A stretch of DNA of 64,000 nt. Origin: Candidatus Eiseniibacteriota bacterium (GTDB taxonomy: Bacteria; Eisenbacteria; RBG-16-71-46). Both the position numbers and the translations under genes were made by a program. Shown here one piece after another: positions 1 through 9,896 of the stretch; position 1 is the first letter of the stretch, and every line of letters starts with the position of its first letter. Location: the NCBI GenBank assembly GCA_963725865.1, contig CAVSAC010000011.1:1-64000 (forward strand), written 5' to 3'. A model generated the notes under the pieces. It did not search any database. It was not told the DNA's origin and saw nothing but the letters and a program-made list of their open reading frames with translations.

Positions 1-547
1 GCCGCGGCGCTGGTGGTGCGGCGGCGCGTCCAGCTGGTGCCGCTGGTCCATGGCGGCCACCAGGAGCGCGGCCGGCGCGCCGGCACCGAGGACGTGGCGG
101 CGCTGGCCGGATTCGGCGTGGCGGCGGAGCGCGCGGCGCGCGCGCTCGCCGCCGGCGGCCCCGAGCGGGTAGAATCCCTCGGTCGCCGCCTGGCCGCCGG
201 CCTGGTCGCGGCGGTGCCCGGCACGCGACTCAACGGCGCCGGGGCCGCGCGCATCGAGAGCGTCGCGAACCTGTGCATCGCCGGCGTCGACGGGGAGGCG
301 CTGCTGCACGAGCTCGACCGTGCGGGCGTGACGGTCCGCACGGTCGGCCTGCAGTGCGGCCGTGTCCGGACCGTCGCACGTGCTGCTGGCGATGGGCCTG
401 AGGCCCGAGGATGCCCACGCGAGCGTGCGATTCTCGCTCGGCGAGGGCAACGACGACACGGACGTGGATCGGATCCTGGAGATCACTCCGCCCGCGGTGG
501 AGCGCCTGCGCGCGCTCGACCGGCCGGCGGTACGGCACAGCGCCTGA
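1..547 (+). CDS. Cysteine desulfurase (IscS/NifS family), 3' part, frameshifted
   Basis: HGGHQERGRRAGTEDV, GEALL, then SHVLLAMG..ASVRFSLG in a second frame (362..547); the start lies upstream of the window. Confidence 0.85.
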
Positions 548-567
548 GGCGCGGAAGGAGGGACGCC

Positions 568-1486
568 GTGGACCAGCAGGAACAGTTCCGGCTCAGGGCT
601 GGCGGAGATGCTCAAGGGTGGCGTCATCATGGACGTGATGGACCGCCGAGCAGGCCAAGATCGCCGAGGAGGCGGGCGCTGCGGCGGTGATGGCGCTCGA
701 GCGCGTGCCGTCTGACATCCGCCGCGACGGCGGCGTGCGCCCGCATGAGCGACCCCGCCATGATCGTGGAGATCATGAAGGCGGTCCGTGACCATCCCGG
801 TGATGGCGAAGTGCCGGATCGGCCACATCGCGCGAGGCGCGCATCCTCGAGGCGCTGGGGTCGACTTCATCGACGAGAGCGAGGTGCTGACCCCCGCCGA
901 CGAGGTGAACCATGTCGACAAGCACGACTTCAAGGTGCCGTTCGTGTGCGGCTGCCGCGACCTGGGCGAGGCCCTGCGCCGCATCGGCGAGGGCGCGGCG
1001 ATGATCCGCACCAAGGGCGAGGCCGGGACGGGCAACATCGTCGAAGCCGTGCGCCACATGCAGGACGGTGCACCGAGGAACATCAAGCGGCTCACGCACG
1101 CTGACCGCCGACGAGCTCATGGACGAGGCCAAGGATCTGGGCGCGCCCTACGAGCTGGTCCGCAGGTGGCCGAAACCGGCAAGCTGCCGGTGCCGAACTT
1201 CTCCGCCGGCGGCGTGGCGATCCCGGCCGACGCGGCGCTGATGATGCAGCTGGGCGCCGAGGCGGTGTTCGTGGGCTCCGGCATCTTCGAGATCGGGAAG
1301 GACCTGCCGCCGAAGGAGCAGCGCAAGGCGCAGCTCCAGGTCGCGAGCGCGATGGTGAAGACGGTCGCCAACTGGGACAACCCCGCGCTGATCGCCGAGA
1401 TCAGCACCGGCCTGCCCAAGGCGATGCGCGGGATCTCGCTCGAGACCCTGCCCGAGGAACAGCTGCTGGCGAAGCGCGGATGGTGA
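568..1486 (+). CDS. pdxS: Pyridoxal 5'-phosphate synthase lyase subunit (several indels)
   Basis: [59 protein letters not shown]-terminal LAKRGW; GTG start after AAGGAGG. Confidence 0.95.
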
Positions 1487-1490
1487 ACGG

Positions 1491-2129
1491 ATGCCGGACC
1501 GGGGCTCCACGCCCGTGACGCGAGCCCGTGTGGGCGTGCTGGCCCTGCAGGGGGATTTCGCGCTCCACGCGCGCGCCCTCGAGGCCGCCGCGGTGGAACC
1601 CGTGCGGGTGTCGCTGCCCGGGCACCTGCGCGGCCTCGATGCGCTCGTGCTGCCGGGTGGGGAGTCCTCCACCATGCTGCGCCTGCTCGAGGCCACCGGG
1701 CTGCGCGCGCCGATCGAGGCGTTCGTGCGGCGAGAAGCCGGTGCTCGGCACCTGCGCGGGCGTGATCCTGCTGTCGCGCGAGCGCGACCCACCTGCCGTA
1801 CCCGCCGCTCGCCGCGCTCGACGTCGGCGTGACGCGCAACGGCTACGGCCGCGAGGTGGCGTCGTTCAGCGATACGCTCGAGGCGCCCGCGCTCGGCGGC
1901 CACTTCGACGGCGTGTTCATCCGCGCGCCGCGCATCCACTCGGTCGGCGCCGGGGTCGAGGTCGTGGCGACGACCGCGGCGAGCCGGTGGGGTGCGCCAG
2001 GGCCGCGTGGTCGGGCTCACGTTCCGCCACCCCGAGCTCACGTTCGACCTGCGCTTCCATCGCTGGTTCCTCGGCGAGGTCGCCGGCCTCGATCCGCTGC
2101 GCGACGAAGCCGTGCGGGGGGTGGCATGA
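1491..2129 (+). CDS. pdxT: PLP synthase glutaminase subunit (indels)
   Basis: GVLALQGDF, LPGGESSTM, GTCAG, RNGYGR, VFIRAP, HPEL spread over frames; directly follows pdxS. Confidence 0.93.
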
Positions 2130-3149
2130 CCGCGCCGACCGACCGCGAGGCGTTCCACGCATTCGTGGAGCGCCATGGGCGCTTCTGCTCACCACCCACA
2201 TCAACCCCGACGGCGACGGCCTCGGCAGCGAGGTGGCGATGGCGGCGTGGCTGCGCGAGCAGGGCAAGCAGGTGCGCGTGCTCAACGACTCGGTGGTGCC
2301 GACCGCGTTCACGTTCCTGACCGAGCATCAGCCGCTCGAGGCGTTCGAGCCCGAGCTGGCGGAACAGCGCTTCGGCGAGAGCGACGCGCTGGTGGTGCTC
2401 GACACCAGCAACCGCCAGCGCATCGGCCGCCTCGCGCCGGTGCAGGACCGGCACGTGCCGCCGCTCGCGGTGGTGGACCATCACGTCACCCATCAGCAGG
2501 GCTTCGGGCAGGTGAACGTGATCGAGCCCGAAGCCTCCTCCACCGGCGAGATCGTGTTCGAGCTGGTGCGCGAGGCGCGCGGCACCATCACGCTGCCGAT
2601 GGCGGAGGCGCTCTACGTCGCGCTCATGACCGACACCGGCTCCTTCCGCTTCTCGAACACCGACAGTCACGCCCACCGCAGGGCGGCCGAGCCGCTGCTC
2701 GCCCTGGGGGTCGACCCGTAGCGCACGCACCTCCACCGTGACGCGACGCCTCGGCCGGGCCGCGCTTCTTCGGCGAGGTGCTGGCGGCGATGGAGCTGGT
2801 GGCGGACGGCCGGGTGGTGGTGCTCGAGGCCGCGCCCGAGCAGTTCCAGCGGCACGGGCTGGTGGCCGCCGACACCGAGGGCCTGGTCGACATGCCGCGC
2901 AACATCGCGGGCGTCGACGTGGTGGCGCTGTTCTCCGAGGTCGAGTCCGGCCGGGTCAAGGTGAGCCTGCGCTCGACCGGCCGCGTCGTCATCGACGCGG
3001 TGTGCTCGCGACTGGGCGGGGGCGGTCACCCGCACGCCGCCGGTGTGCTGCTGCGCGGCTCACGGGCCGAGGCGCGCGGGGCGATCCTGCCGGTGGTCGA
3101 GGCGCTGCTCGGGCCGGCCGTGCCGGTGGCCGACGGGGGCAGCGCGTGA
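2126..3149 (+). CDS. nrnA: DHH/DHHA1 phosphoesterase (NrnA-like nanoRNase/pAp phosphatase), indels
   Basis: THINPDGDGLGS, VVDHH, TDTGSFRFSNT, KVSLRS, GGGGHPHAAG. Confidence 0.9.
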
Positions 3150-3808
3150 GCGTCGCCCCGGCGGCCGCCCCGGTGACGCTCGTCGCCGAGGCGCTGGCGC
3201 ACCGCTACGCCGGCCAGCGCGGCCTGCAGCCGGTGGCGTTCGAGGTCGCCGCTCCCGGCGTGGTGGCGGTGACGGGCGTCAACGGCTCGGGCAAAAGCAC
3301 GCTGTTGCGCATCGTCTCGGGGCTGCTGCGACCCACCGCCGGGCGCACCCGTCTGGTGCACGACGGGCGCGAGATCGCGCTGCCGGACCGGCGGCGTCAC
3401 GTCGGGCTGGCCACGCCCGAGCTGGCGTTCTATCCCGAGTTCACCTGCCACGAGAACCTCACCTTCGCCGCCGAGGCCCACGCGCTGCCCGAGCCCGACG
3501 CCGCTGCGATGACCGCGCTCGAGCGGGTCGGCCTGCGGCCGCGCGCGCACGACCGCGTCTCGGCGCTGTCCTCGGGAATGAAGCAACGGCTGCGGCTCGC
3601 GTTCGCCCTGCTCCATCGTCCGCCGGTGCTGCTGCTCGACGAACCCGGCGCGCACATGGACGAGGAGGGACGCGGGGTCATGGAGGCCTTCGTCGCCGAG
3701 CACGCTCGCACCGGGCTGGTGCTCATCGCCACCAACGAAGAGAGGGAGTGGAGACTTGCCGGACGCCGCATCGAACTCGCCGGGCGCGGTCTGGGCGATC
3801 CTGCGTAA
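3146..3808 (+). CDS. ccmA: Heme export ABC ATPase
   Basis: Walker A GVNGSGKST, LSSGMKQR signature, LLLDEP; first gene of the ccm cluster. Confidence 0.9.
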   Translation: MSVAPAAAPVTLVAEALAHRYAGQRGLQPVAFEVAAPGVVAVTGVNGSGKSTLLRIVSGLLRPTAGRTRLVHDGREIALPDRRRHVGLATPELAFYPEFTCHENLTFAAEAHALPEPDAAAMTALERVGLRPRAHDRVSALSSGMKQRLRLAFALLHRPPVLLLDEPGAHMDEEGRGVMEAFVAEHARTGLVLIATNEEREWRLAGRRIELAGRGLGDPA

Positions 3809-4430
3809 GGAGTGCCGCAGCGAGTGGCGCACGCGCTACGGTCTCAACGCGGCGCTGCTGTTCGCGGTCACCACGCTCACCGCGGTGAGCTTCACCGTGG
3901 GGCGCCTCACCGACCGCACCGACCTGCTGTCGGCGCTGCTGTGGGTGGTGCTGCTGTTCGCGGCGCTGTCCTCGCTCAGCCACACGTTCGTGCGCGAGGT
4001 CGAGGGGCGCACCGACACGCTGCTGCGCCTGGTGGCCTCGCCGACCTCGATCGGGATCGGCAAGCTGCTGTTCAACATCCTGTTCCTCGGCGTGATCGAG
4101 CTGGTGACGGTGCCCCTCTACATGATGCTGATGGGGGCACCGCCGCCGCGCTGGGGGACGTTCCTCGGGCTGCTGGTGCTGGGCAGCCTGGCGCTGGCCG
4201 CGGCGGCGACGCTGGTGGCCGGAATCATCGCCCAGACGCGCGGGCGGGGGGCGCTGTTCGCAGGCGCCTCGTTCCCGATCCTGCTGCCGGTGCTGGCGGC
4301 CGCGGTGAGCGGCACCAAGGCCCAGTGGGCGGGGGAATCCGCTGCGGGCGAGGCGCGGCTGCTGGCGGCTTATGCGGTCGCGTTGCTGGCGGTGAGCCTG
4401 CTACTCTACGACCATCTCTGGGACGACTAG
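3756..4430 (+). CDS. ccmB: Heme exporter permease
   Basis: Multi-TM; WAILRKECRSEWR, FVREVEGRT..LRL, FPILLPV. Confidence 0.9.
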   Translation: MPDAASNSPGAVWAILRKECRSEWRTRYGLNAALLFAVTTLTAVSFTVGRLTDRTDLLSALLWVVLLFAALSSLSHTFVREVEGRTDTLLRLVASPTSIGIGKLLFNILFLGVIELVTVPLYMMLMGAPPPRWGTFLGLLVLGSLALAAAATLVAGIIAQTRGRGALFAGASFPILLPVLAAAVSGTKAQWAGESAAGEARLLAAYAVALLAVSLLLYDHLWDD

Positions 4431-4440
4431 GAGGACCCCC

Positions 4441-5097
4441 TTGCTCGTACGTCTGCTCCTGTTCCTGTGGATCGCCGGCTGGCAGATCGCCGCGTTCCTG
4501 GCGCCGGTGGTCCCGGTGCTCGGCGACACCACCCGCGTGCTCTATTGGCACATCCCCTGCGCGTGGATCACCGTGGTGGCGCTCGCCTGGTCGATGGGTC
4601 ACAGCATCGCTTACCTGCGCACCAACGACCTGAAGCACGACGACCACGCCGCCGGCGCGGCCGAGCTCGGCCTGCTGTTCTGCATCGGCGCCACGGTCAC
4701 CGGGGCGATCTGGGCCAAGGCCAAGTGGGGGGCCTACTGGAACTGGGACCCGCGCGAGACCTCGATCTTCTTCCTGCTGCTGATCTACGGCGCCTACCTG
4801 GCGCTGCGCAGCGCGCTCGACGACGAGCGCAAGCGCGCCCGGCTCTCGGCGGTGTACTCCGCGGTGGCGTTCGTCTCGGTGCCGTTCCTGATCTTCGTGG
4901 TGCCACGCATGCTGGCCACGCTCCACCCCGATCCGATCATCAACAGCCAGGGCAAGGTGGACATGGACAAACGCATCACCGTTGCATTCTCCATGATGCT
5001 GGTGGGCTTCACGGCCCTGTTCTTCTGGTTGCTCGCGCTCCGGGTCCGCCTCGGGCGCATCGAAAGGGAACGCCTGGAAGCGGCCGCTGCGGCCTGA
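4441..5097 (+). CDS. ccmC: Heme exporter/chaperone
   Basis: YWHIPCAW, WWD-type motif WGAYWNWDPRET, TLHP. Confidence 0.93.
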   Translation: MLVRLLLFLWIAGWQIAAFLAPVVPVLGDTTRVLYWHIPCAWITVVALAWSMGHSIAYLRTNDLKHDDHAAGAAELGLLFCIGATVTGAIWAKAKWGAYWNWDPRETSIFFLLLIYGAYLALRSALDDERKRARLSAVYSAVAFVSVPFLIFVVPRMLATLHPDPIINSQGKVDMDKRITVAFSMMLVGFTALFFWLLALRVRLGRIERERLEAAAAA

Positions 5098-5121
5098 GGG
5101 CCGGAAGGAGGAATACCCCTG

Positions 5122-5241
5122 ATGTTCCCGTTGAGCCCTGACGATACCGCAGTCCTGCTCGTCGCCCTGCTGGTGTGGGGCCTGCTGTTCTTCTACGTGC
5201 TGCGCCTCGAGCGTCGCATCAAGGACCTGGAGAGACGATGA
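5122..5241 (+). CDS. ccmD: CcmD-like small membrane protein (39 aa, not in the ORF track)
   Basis: MFPLSPDDTAVLLVALLVWGLLFFYVLRLERRIKDLERR: one TM plus a charged tail, between ccmC and ccmE, GGAGG RBS, ATGA overlap with ccmE. Confidence 0.8.
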   Translation: MFPLSPDDTAVLLVALLVWGLLFFYVLRLERRIKDLERR

Positions 5242-5621
5242 ATCCGAAGGCGATCGTGGCTCTCGCGCTGCTGGTCGTGGCCGTGGCGATCGGCGTGACC
5301 AGCTTCAAGAAATCCGTGACCCCCTACATTTCTTTCGCGGAAGCACGTCGCTCGTCGGGCATGGTGCAGGTCAACGGCGTTCTGGCGTCCAAGGACTACG
5401 TGCTCAAGAAGGACGAGCAGTTCCTCGAATTCAAGCTCAAGGACTCGAATGCCGAGGTGCTCCAGGTGGTGTATCGCGGCGTGGTGCCGGGCAACTTCGA
5501 CCAGGCCACCTCGATCGTGGCGATCGGGAGGTACAAGGCCGACCATTTCGAGGCCGAGCAGCTGCTGGTGAAGTGCCCGTCCAAGTACCAGGCCATGGCC
5601 GAGCAGGGAAAGACCTCGTGA
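5238..5621 (+). CDS. ccmE: Heme chaperone CcmE, CxxxY variant
   Basis: N-terminal TM, VYRGVVPGNF, FEAEQLLVKCPSKY. Confidence 0.92.
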   Translation: MNPKAIVALALLVVAVAIGVTSFKKSVTPYISFAEARRSSGMVQVNGVLASKDYVLKKDEQFLEFKLKDSNAEVLQVVYRGVVPGNFDQATSIVAIGRYKADHFEAEQLLVKCPSKYQAMAEQGKTS

Positions 5622-7897
5622 CCGGGCGCCCGGTCACGCTCGGACTGGCCGCCGCACTCCCCATCCTCCTGGTCCCGGCCGCGCTCGGCGCGGCGGGGCT
5701 CCTCAACATCGGGCAGACGCTCATCTGGATCGGCTTCCTCGGGGCGGTCGTCTCCGCGGTATCGTTCCTCGCGGCCACGCTCGGCCATGACAGCGCGCTG
5801 GTGCCGGCGAAGGTCGCGTACCGGATCCAGTGGGTGGCGCTGATCGCGGCCGCGGTCTACCTCTGGCACATCCTCTTCACGCACCAGTTCCGCTTCCAGT
5901 ACGTGGCGTCCTACTCCTCGCTCTCGATGCCGCCGCACTACGTGTATGCGGCGTTCTGGGGCGGGCAGGAGGGGACGTTCATGCTGTGGGCCCTGCTCAC
6001 CACCACGCTGGGCCTGTTCCTGATGCGGACCAAGGGCCCGCTCACCACGCCGGCGATGTTCTTCCTCAACCTGCCGCTGGTGATGCTCGGGCTGGTGGGC
6101 GTGATGCGCGGTCCGTTCCTGACCTTCCCGACCGGGCAGATCCCGGTCGACGGCAACGGACTCAATCCGCTGCTGCAGGACCCGTGGATGACCATCCATC
6201 CGCCGGTGCTGTTCACCGGGTTCTCGTCGCTCGCGCTGCCGTTCTCGCTCGGCATGGCGGCACTGGTCAAGCGGGACTACGACGGCTGGCTCAAGCCGGT
6301 GATGCCGTGGGCGATCTTCTCCACCGCGATCCTGTCGTGCGGATTCATCATGGGCGGGGTGTGGGCCTACAAGGTGCTCGGCTGGGGCGGCTACTGGGGC
6401 TGGGACCCGGTCGAGAACGGCTCGCTGATCCCGTGGCTGTCCAACATCGCGCTGCTCCACGGCCTGCTGGTGCAGCGGGTCACCGGCAGCCTGCGGCGGA
6501 CCAATTTCTTCCTCGCGGTGACGTCGTACGTGCTGGTGCTCTACGCGTCGTTCCTGACCCGCAGCGGCGTGCTGGCCGACTTCTCGGTGCACTCGTTCGT
6601 GAACCTGGGGCTGAACGGCTTCCTGCTCTCGTTCCTGTGCCTGGCGATCGTCGTGGGCTACGGCCTGCTGCTGTGGCGCCTGCGCGACATCCCCAAGCCG
6701 GTGCAGCCGCTCGGCAACTTCTCGCGCGAGTCGATGATGTGGCTCGGGCAGCTCACGTTCATGCTGATGTGCGCGCTCACCGCGGTGGGGATGAGCGCTC
6801 CGCTCATCACCCGGCTGTTCGGACCGCCGTCGAACGTGCAGACCACCTACTACAACCTGGTGAACGCGCCGCTCGGCATCGCGATGTGCCTGCTGCTCGG
6901 CATCGCGCCGCTGATGCGCTGGCGCAGCCAGGAGCGCCCGGCCTTCGTGCGCGCCGTGCTGCCGTCGGTGGCGCTCGCGCTGCTCGCGAGTATCGTCGGC
7001 TTCGTGCTCGGGGTGCGGGACCCGCTGCCGGCCGGGATGGTGTTCGCGGCGGCCTTCGCGCTGGCCTCGAACGCGGTGGTCACGGTGCGCGGCTTCCGTG
7101 CCGGCTGGAAGCACGGCGTGGGCTTCCTGTCGCACGCCGGCGTGTCGATCCTGCTGCTCGGCGTCGTGGCCTCGTCGAACTACGGGGACGCGGTGCAGGT
7201 GCAGCTGCCCCAGGGCCAGCCGCGTGCCGCGCTCGGCTACTGGATGACGTTCGAGGGCATGGACAAGGACGCCGAGGGCAAGGACCACGCCGTGATCGCG
7301 GTCACCACCGTGGACAAGCGCACCCGCTTCGCCGCGCGACCCTCGATGTACTGGAGCGAGTTCAACCAGGGCTACATGAAGAAGCCGCACATCGAACGCT
7401 ACCTCTCGCACGACGTCTACATCTCGCCGCTCGACCTGGTGGGCGACGACCCGACCGCGAACGCGACCTGGTTCCGCAAGGGCGAGACGCGCCAGATCGG
7501 CCAGGTGAAGTACACGTTCGAGGACTTCGACCGCGAGATGAGCGAGGGCAAGGTGCGGCTGGTGGCGCGCGTCACCGCGGAGCTGAGCGGGCGCACGGTG
7601 CCGCTGAAGCCCACGTTCGAGATGGACATGGCGACCGGCAAGCCGAAATCCACGCCGGACTACATGCCGGGCGGGGGGCAGGTGGCGATCGCCTCGGTGG
7701 ACCCGGACCAGGGCGGACGCGTCGCGCTCGAGCTGCCCGGAGGCAGCGCCGGTGGCCCGAGCGGCGGCATCCTGGCCGTCGAGGTGAGCACCAAGCCGCT
7801 CATCAACCTGGTGTGGGTGGGCGCCATCGTGATGCTGTCCAGCGCGCTGCTGGCGATGGCCCGCCGTGTCATGGACCTGAAGCGCGCCACCGCCTGA
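5618..7897 (+). CDS. ccmF: Cytochrome c heme lyase
   Basis: WGGQEG, GLNPLLQ, IHPP, LGWGGYWGWDPVEN, TRSG..SVHSF, KPLINLVW. Confidence 0.95.
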   Translation: MTGRPVTLGLAAALPILLVPAALGAAGLLNIGQTLIWIGFLGAVVSAVSFLAATLGHDSALVPAKVAYRIQWVALIAAAVYLWHILFTHQFRFQYVASYSSLSMPPHYVYAAFWGGQEGTFMLWALLTTTLGLFLMRTKGPLTTPAMFFLNLPLVMLGLVGVMRGPFLTFPTGQIPVDGNGLNPLLQDPWMTIHPPVLFTGFSSLALPFSLGMAALVKRDYDGWLKPVMPWAIFSTAILSCGFIMGGVWAYKVLGWGGYWGWDPVENGSLIPWLSNIALLHGLLVQRVTGSLRRTNFFLAVTSYVLVLYASFLTRSGVLADFSVHSFVNLGLNGFLLSFLCLAIVVGYGLLLWRLRDIPKPVQPLGNFSRESMMWLGQLTFMLMCALTAVGMSAPLITRLFGPPSNVQTTYYNLVNAPLGIAMCLLLGIAPLMRWRSQERPAFVRAVLPSVALALLASIVGFVLGVRDPLPAGMVFAAAFALASNAVVTVRGFRAGWKHGVGFLSHAGVSILLLGVVASSNYGDAVQVQLPQGQPRAALGYWMTFEGMDKDAEGKDHAVIAVTTVDKRTRFAARPSMYWSEFNQGYMKKPHIERYLSHDVYISPLDLVGDDPTANATWFRKGETRQIGQVKYTFEDFDREMSEGKVRLVARVTAELSGRTVPLKPTFEMDMATGKPKSTPDYMPGGGQVAIASVDPDQGGRVALELPGGSAGGPSGGILAVEVSTKPLINLVWVGAIVMLSSALLAMARRVMDLKRATA

Positions 7898-7917
7898 TCC
7901 ACGGTGCGGATCGGACC

Positions 7918-7948
7918 GAGCCGGCACCCTCCACGGGGGCCGGCTCTT
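7918..7948 (+). terminator. Probable intrinsic terminator of the ccm operon
   Basis: GAGCCGG...CCGGCTC stem followed by TT just after the ccmF stop. Confidence 0.55.
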
Positions 7949-8369
7949 CCGTCGGGGCGCGCGCCGGTGGTGCCATCCCGCCGCGCCCGTGGGCGCGCTC
8001 GCCGCGCACGTCATGGCACGCCGCAGCCGTCCGAATGCGTTTGACCACGCGAGGGCGCAAGGCTTACGCTTTGCCCGTTGCGAGAAGGCTTCCTCGGAGT
8101 ACGACCCGCGCCTCCCGGGCCGGTCAGGGTCGACCGGAACGGCTCCTGGACGCGGGCCGTCGCCCGTCCCCGCGCGGCCGCGCGCGAGGCAGCGCCCCCC
8201 ACTCCGTGGCGCGACGTCCGCGGTACGAGACCGGCATGTGCCCGGTCGTGCACGCGGACGCGAGGAGGGTGACTCGGATCCCATCGACATTCCGGATCGT
8301 CTCCGCTCGTCGACATCGACCACATGTCCGGCTCCACGCTGCCGGACGCATCCTGGAAAGGGCGAGGAC

Positions 8370-9344
8370 ATGAACAAGACCTACACGATCCTGATGCTCG
8401 CGGTACTGGCGCTGGCCCCGGCCATGACCGCAAGCGCGCAGGCGCCGATCTTCGTGACCAAGTGGGGCACGCTCGGCGCGGCCAACGGGCAGTTCCAGTT
8501 CGCGCAGGGCATGGCCCGCACCGCGGCCGGTGACCTGTGGACCGCGGACTTCGCCAACAATCGCGTCGAGCGCTTCAGCAACACCGGCACCTACCTGCAG
8601 ACCATCGCCACGGTCGGGGCCGGCACGTTCGTGAATCCGAGCGCGCTCGCGGTGGATGCGGGCGACACCCTGTTCGTCGCCGACGGCGGCAACAACCGCA
8701 TCGCGAAGTACGCACCGTCCGGCGCATTCGTCACCACCTTCGGCAGCGCCGGCACCTCCAACGGCAGGTTCCAGACCGTGAGCGGCGTTGCGGTCGACAA
8801 GGTGACGGGCGACGTGTACGCCACCGACTACCGGAACCACCGGGTTCAGAAGTTCACCCACATGGGCGTGTTCGTGACCAAGTGGGGCACGTTCGGCTCC
8901 GGTGCCGGCCAGTTCCAGTACCCCTACGGCGTCGCGGTCGACCCGACCTCGGGCAACGTCGTGGTCGCCGACATGCTGAACAACCGCATCCAGGTCTTCA
9001 ACTCGGGCGGCACGTTCCTGTATGCGTTCGGCTCGGTCGGCTCGGGTGACGGTCAGTTCTCGAATCCCGCGGCGCCGCACGTCGACGCGACCGGGAACAT
9101 CTACGTCAGCGACCAGAGCAACAACCGGGTGCAGAAGTTCGACAACCTCGGCACGTTCGTCGTCAAGTGGGGCACGCCGGGTCTGTTCGATGGCGAGATG
9201 AACATCCCCAACGGCATCGCCACCGATGCGTTCGGCTACATCTACGTGGCCGATCGCAACAACAACCGGGTGCAGAAGTTCGGCGATCCGGTGACGCCGG
9301 TGCTGCCGGTGACCTGGGGTCGCGTGAAGGCGCTGTACCGGTAG
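8370..9344 (+). CDS. Secreted NHL-repeat 6-bladed beta-propeller protein
   Basis: Signal peptide ending ASA-Q; six repeats of G.F..P.G.A.D..G..YV.D..NNR.QKF; C-terminal TWGRVKALYR. Confidence 0.92.
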   Translation: MNKTYTILMLAVLALAPAMTASAQAPIFVTKWGTLGAANGQFQFAQGMARTAAGDLWTADFANNRVERFSNTGTYLQTIATVGAGTFVNPSALAVDAGDTLFVADGGNNRIAKYAPSGAFVTTFGSAGTSNGRFQTVSGVAVDKVTGDVYATDYRNHRVQKFTHMGVFVTKWGTFGSGAGQFQYPYGVAVDPTSGNVVVADMLNNRIQVFNSGGTFLYAFGSVGSGDGQFSNPAAPHVDATGNIYVSDQSNNRVQKFDNLGTFVVKWGTPGLFDGEMNIPNGIATDAFGYIYVADRNNNRVQKFGDPVTPVLPVTWGRVKALYR

Positions 9345-9368
9345 TCCGGTCGGCGGCCGAGTGGTTCC

Positions 9369-9403
9369 GGGGTGGGCGCACCAGCGCCCACCCCGTCGTC
9401 TTT
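9369..9403 (+). terminator. Hairpin terminator after the NHL gene
   Basis: GGGGTGGGCGC-acca-GCGCCCACCCC perfect 11-bp stem followed by gtcgtcttt. Confidence 0.6.
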
Positions 9404-9582
9404 CCGGTGCCGGCCGATGGCCGCGGGGTGGGAGCGACGTGGCGGGAGGGAGCCGGACCCCGCGCCGCGCGCACTCCCGGGCGATCGGTGAGCGATGCGC
9501 CGGCGGGACGGGCGCGGGCGGGCGGGCGGAGATGCGGGCAGGAGTGGGTGCTGTCCGCCATGCCGACCCCGTCGCTGCGGGC

Positions 9583-9611
9583 TTGTCCGATGCACGGATG
9601 TGCAGTACTGT
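9583..9611 (+). promoter_or_regulatory. Sigma70-like promoter with a palindromic operator in the spacer
   Basis: TTGTCC(9583)-N17-TACTGT(9606); TGCAC-ggat-GTGCA at 9591-9604; 23 nt upstream of the ATG of the dinB cassette. Confidence 0.6.
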
Positions 9612-9634
9612 GGCCACGGTGCCGTGGACACGAC

Positions 9635-9895
9635 ATGTTCGAGACGCTTCGCGAGCCGGTGGATGTCCTCACCGCCTTCATCGAGGGACGCATGAAGCCG
9701 CTGCGCTTCCGCTGGCGCGGGCGGGTGATCCCGATCCGCCGGGTGAACGGGCATTGGACCCGGCGCGAAGGCCAGACCCTGATGCGCTGCTTCTCGGTCG
9801 AGGGGCCGGCCGGTGAGAGCTACGAGCTGAGCTACGACCCGCGCGGCCCAGGTTGGATGCTCACCCGGTGCTGGAGCGGGCCCGTCGGAGGATGA
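9635..9895 (+). CDS. Small ImuB-C/DUF6504-like protein (86 aa)
   Basis: PLRFRWRGRVIPI..V.GHW......F.VE...G..YELSYD....W.L pattern; immediately upstream of dinB. Confidence 0.7.
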   Translation: MFETLREPVDVLTAFIEGRMKPLRFRWRGRVIPIRRVNGHWTRREGQTLMRCFSVEGPAGESYELSYDPRGPGWMLTRCWSGPVGG

Positions 9896-9896
9896 C

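Noticed and set aside
568..3149. Pseudogenes or programmed frameshifting in pdxS, pdxT, nrnA and other broken genes
   Set aside because: Indels are many, patchy and not at slippery sites, while protein motifs stay conserved; sequencing error is the simpler explanation.
7950..8369. Possible riboswitch or ncRNA in the long intergenic region (minus-strand GGGCAAA...GGCTGCGGCGTGCC resembles c-di-GMP-I)
   Set aside because: It lacks the GAAA tetraloop and ACGCAAA core and points away from the downstream gene; an Rfam cmscan would be needed.
5396..8377. Long antisense and alternate-frame ORFs (e.g. 5396-8377 minus, 54248-58474 minus, 53368-58539 plus)
   Set aside because: Shadow ORFs expected at very high GC; Arg/Ala/Gly-rich with no motifs, and overlapping well-supported genes.
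8370..9344. Internal DNA repeats (GTGACCAAGTGGGGCACG; AACAACCGGGTGCAGAAGTTC) as diversity-generating retroelement repeats
   Set aside because: They correspond to NHL blade repeats in frame; there is no reverse transcriptase and no adenine-specific mismatch pattern.
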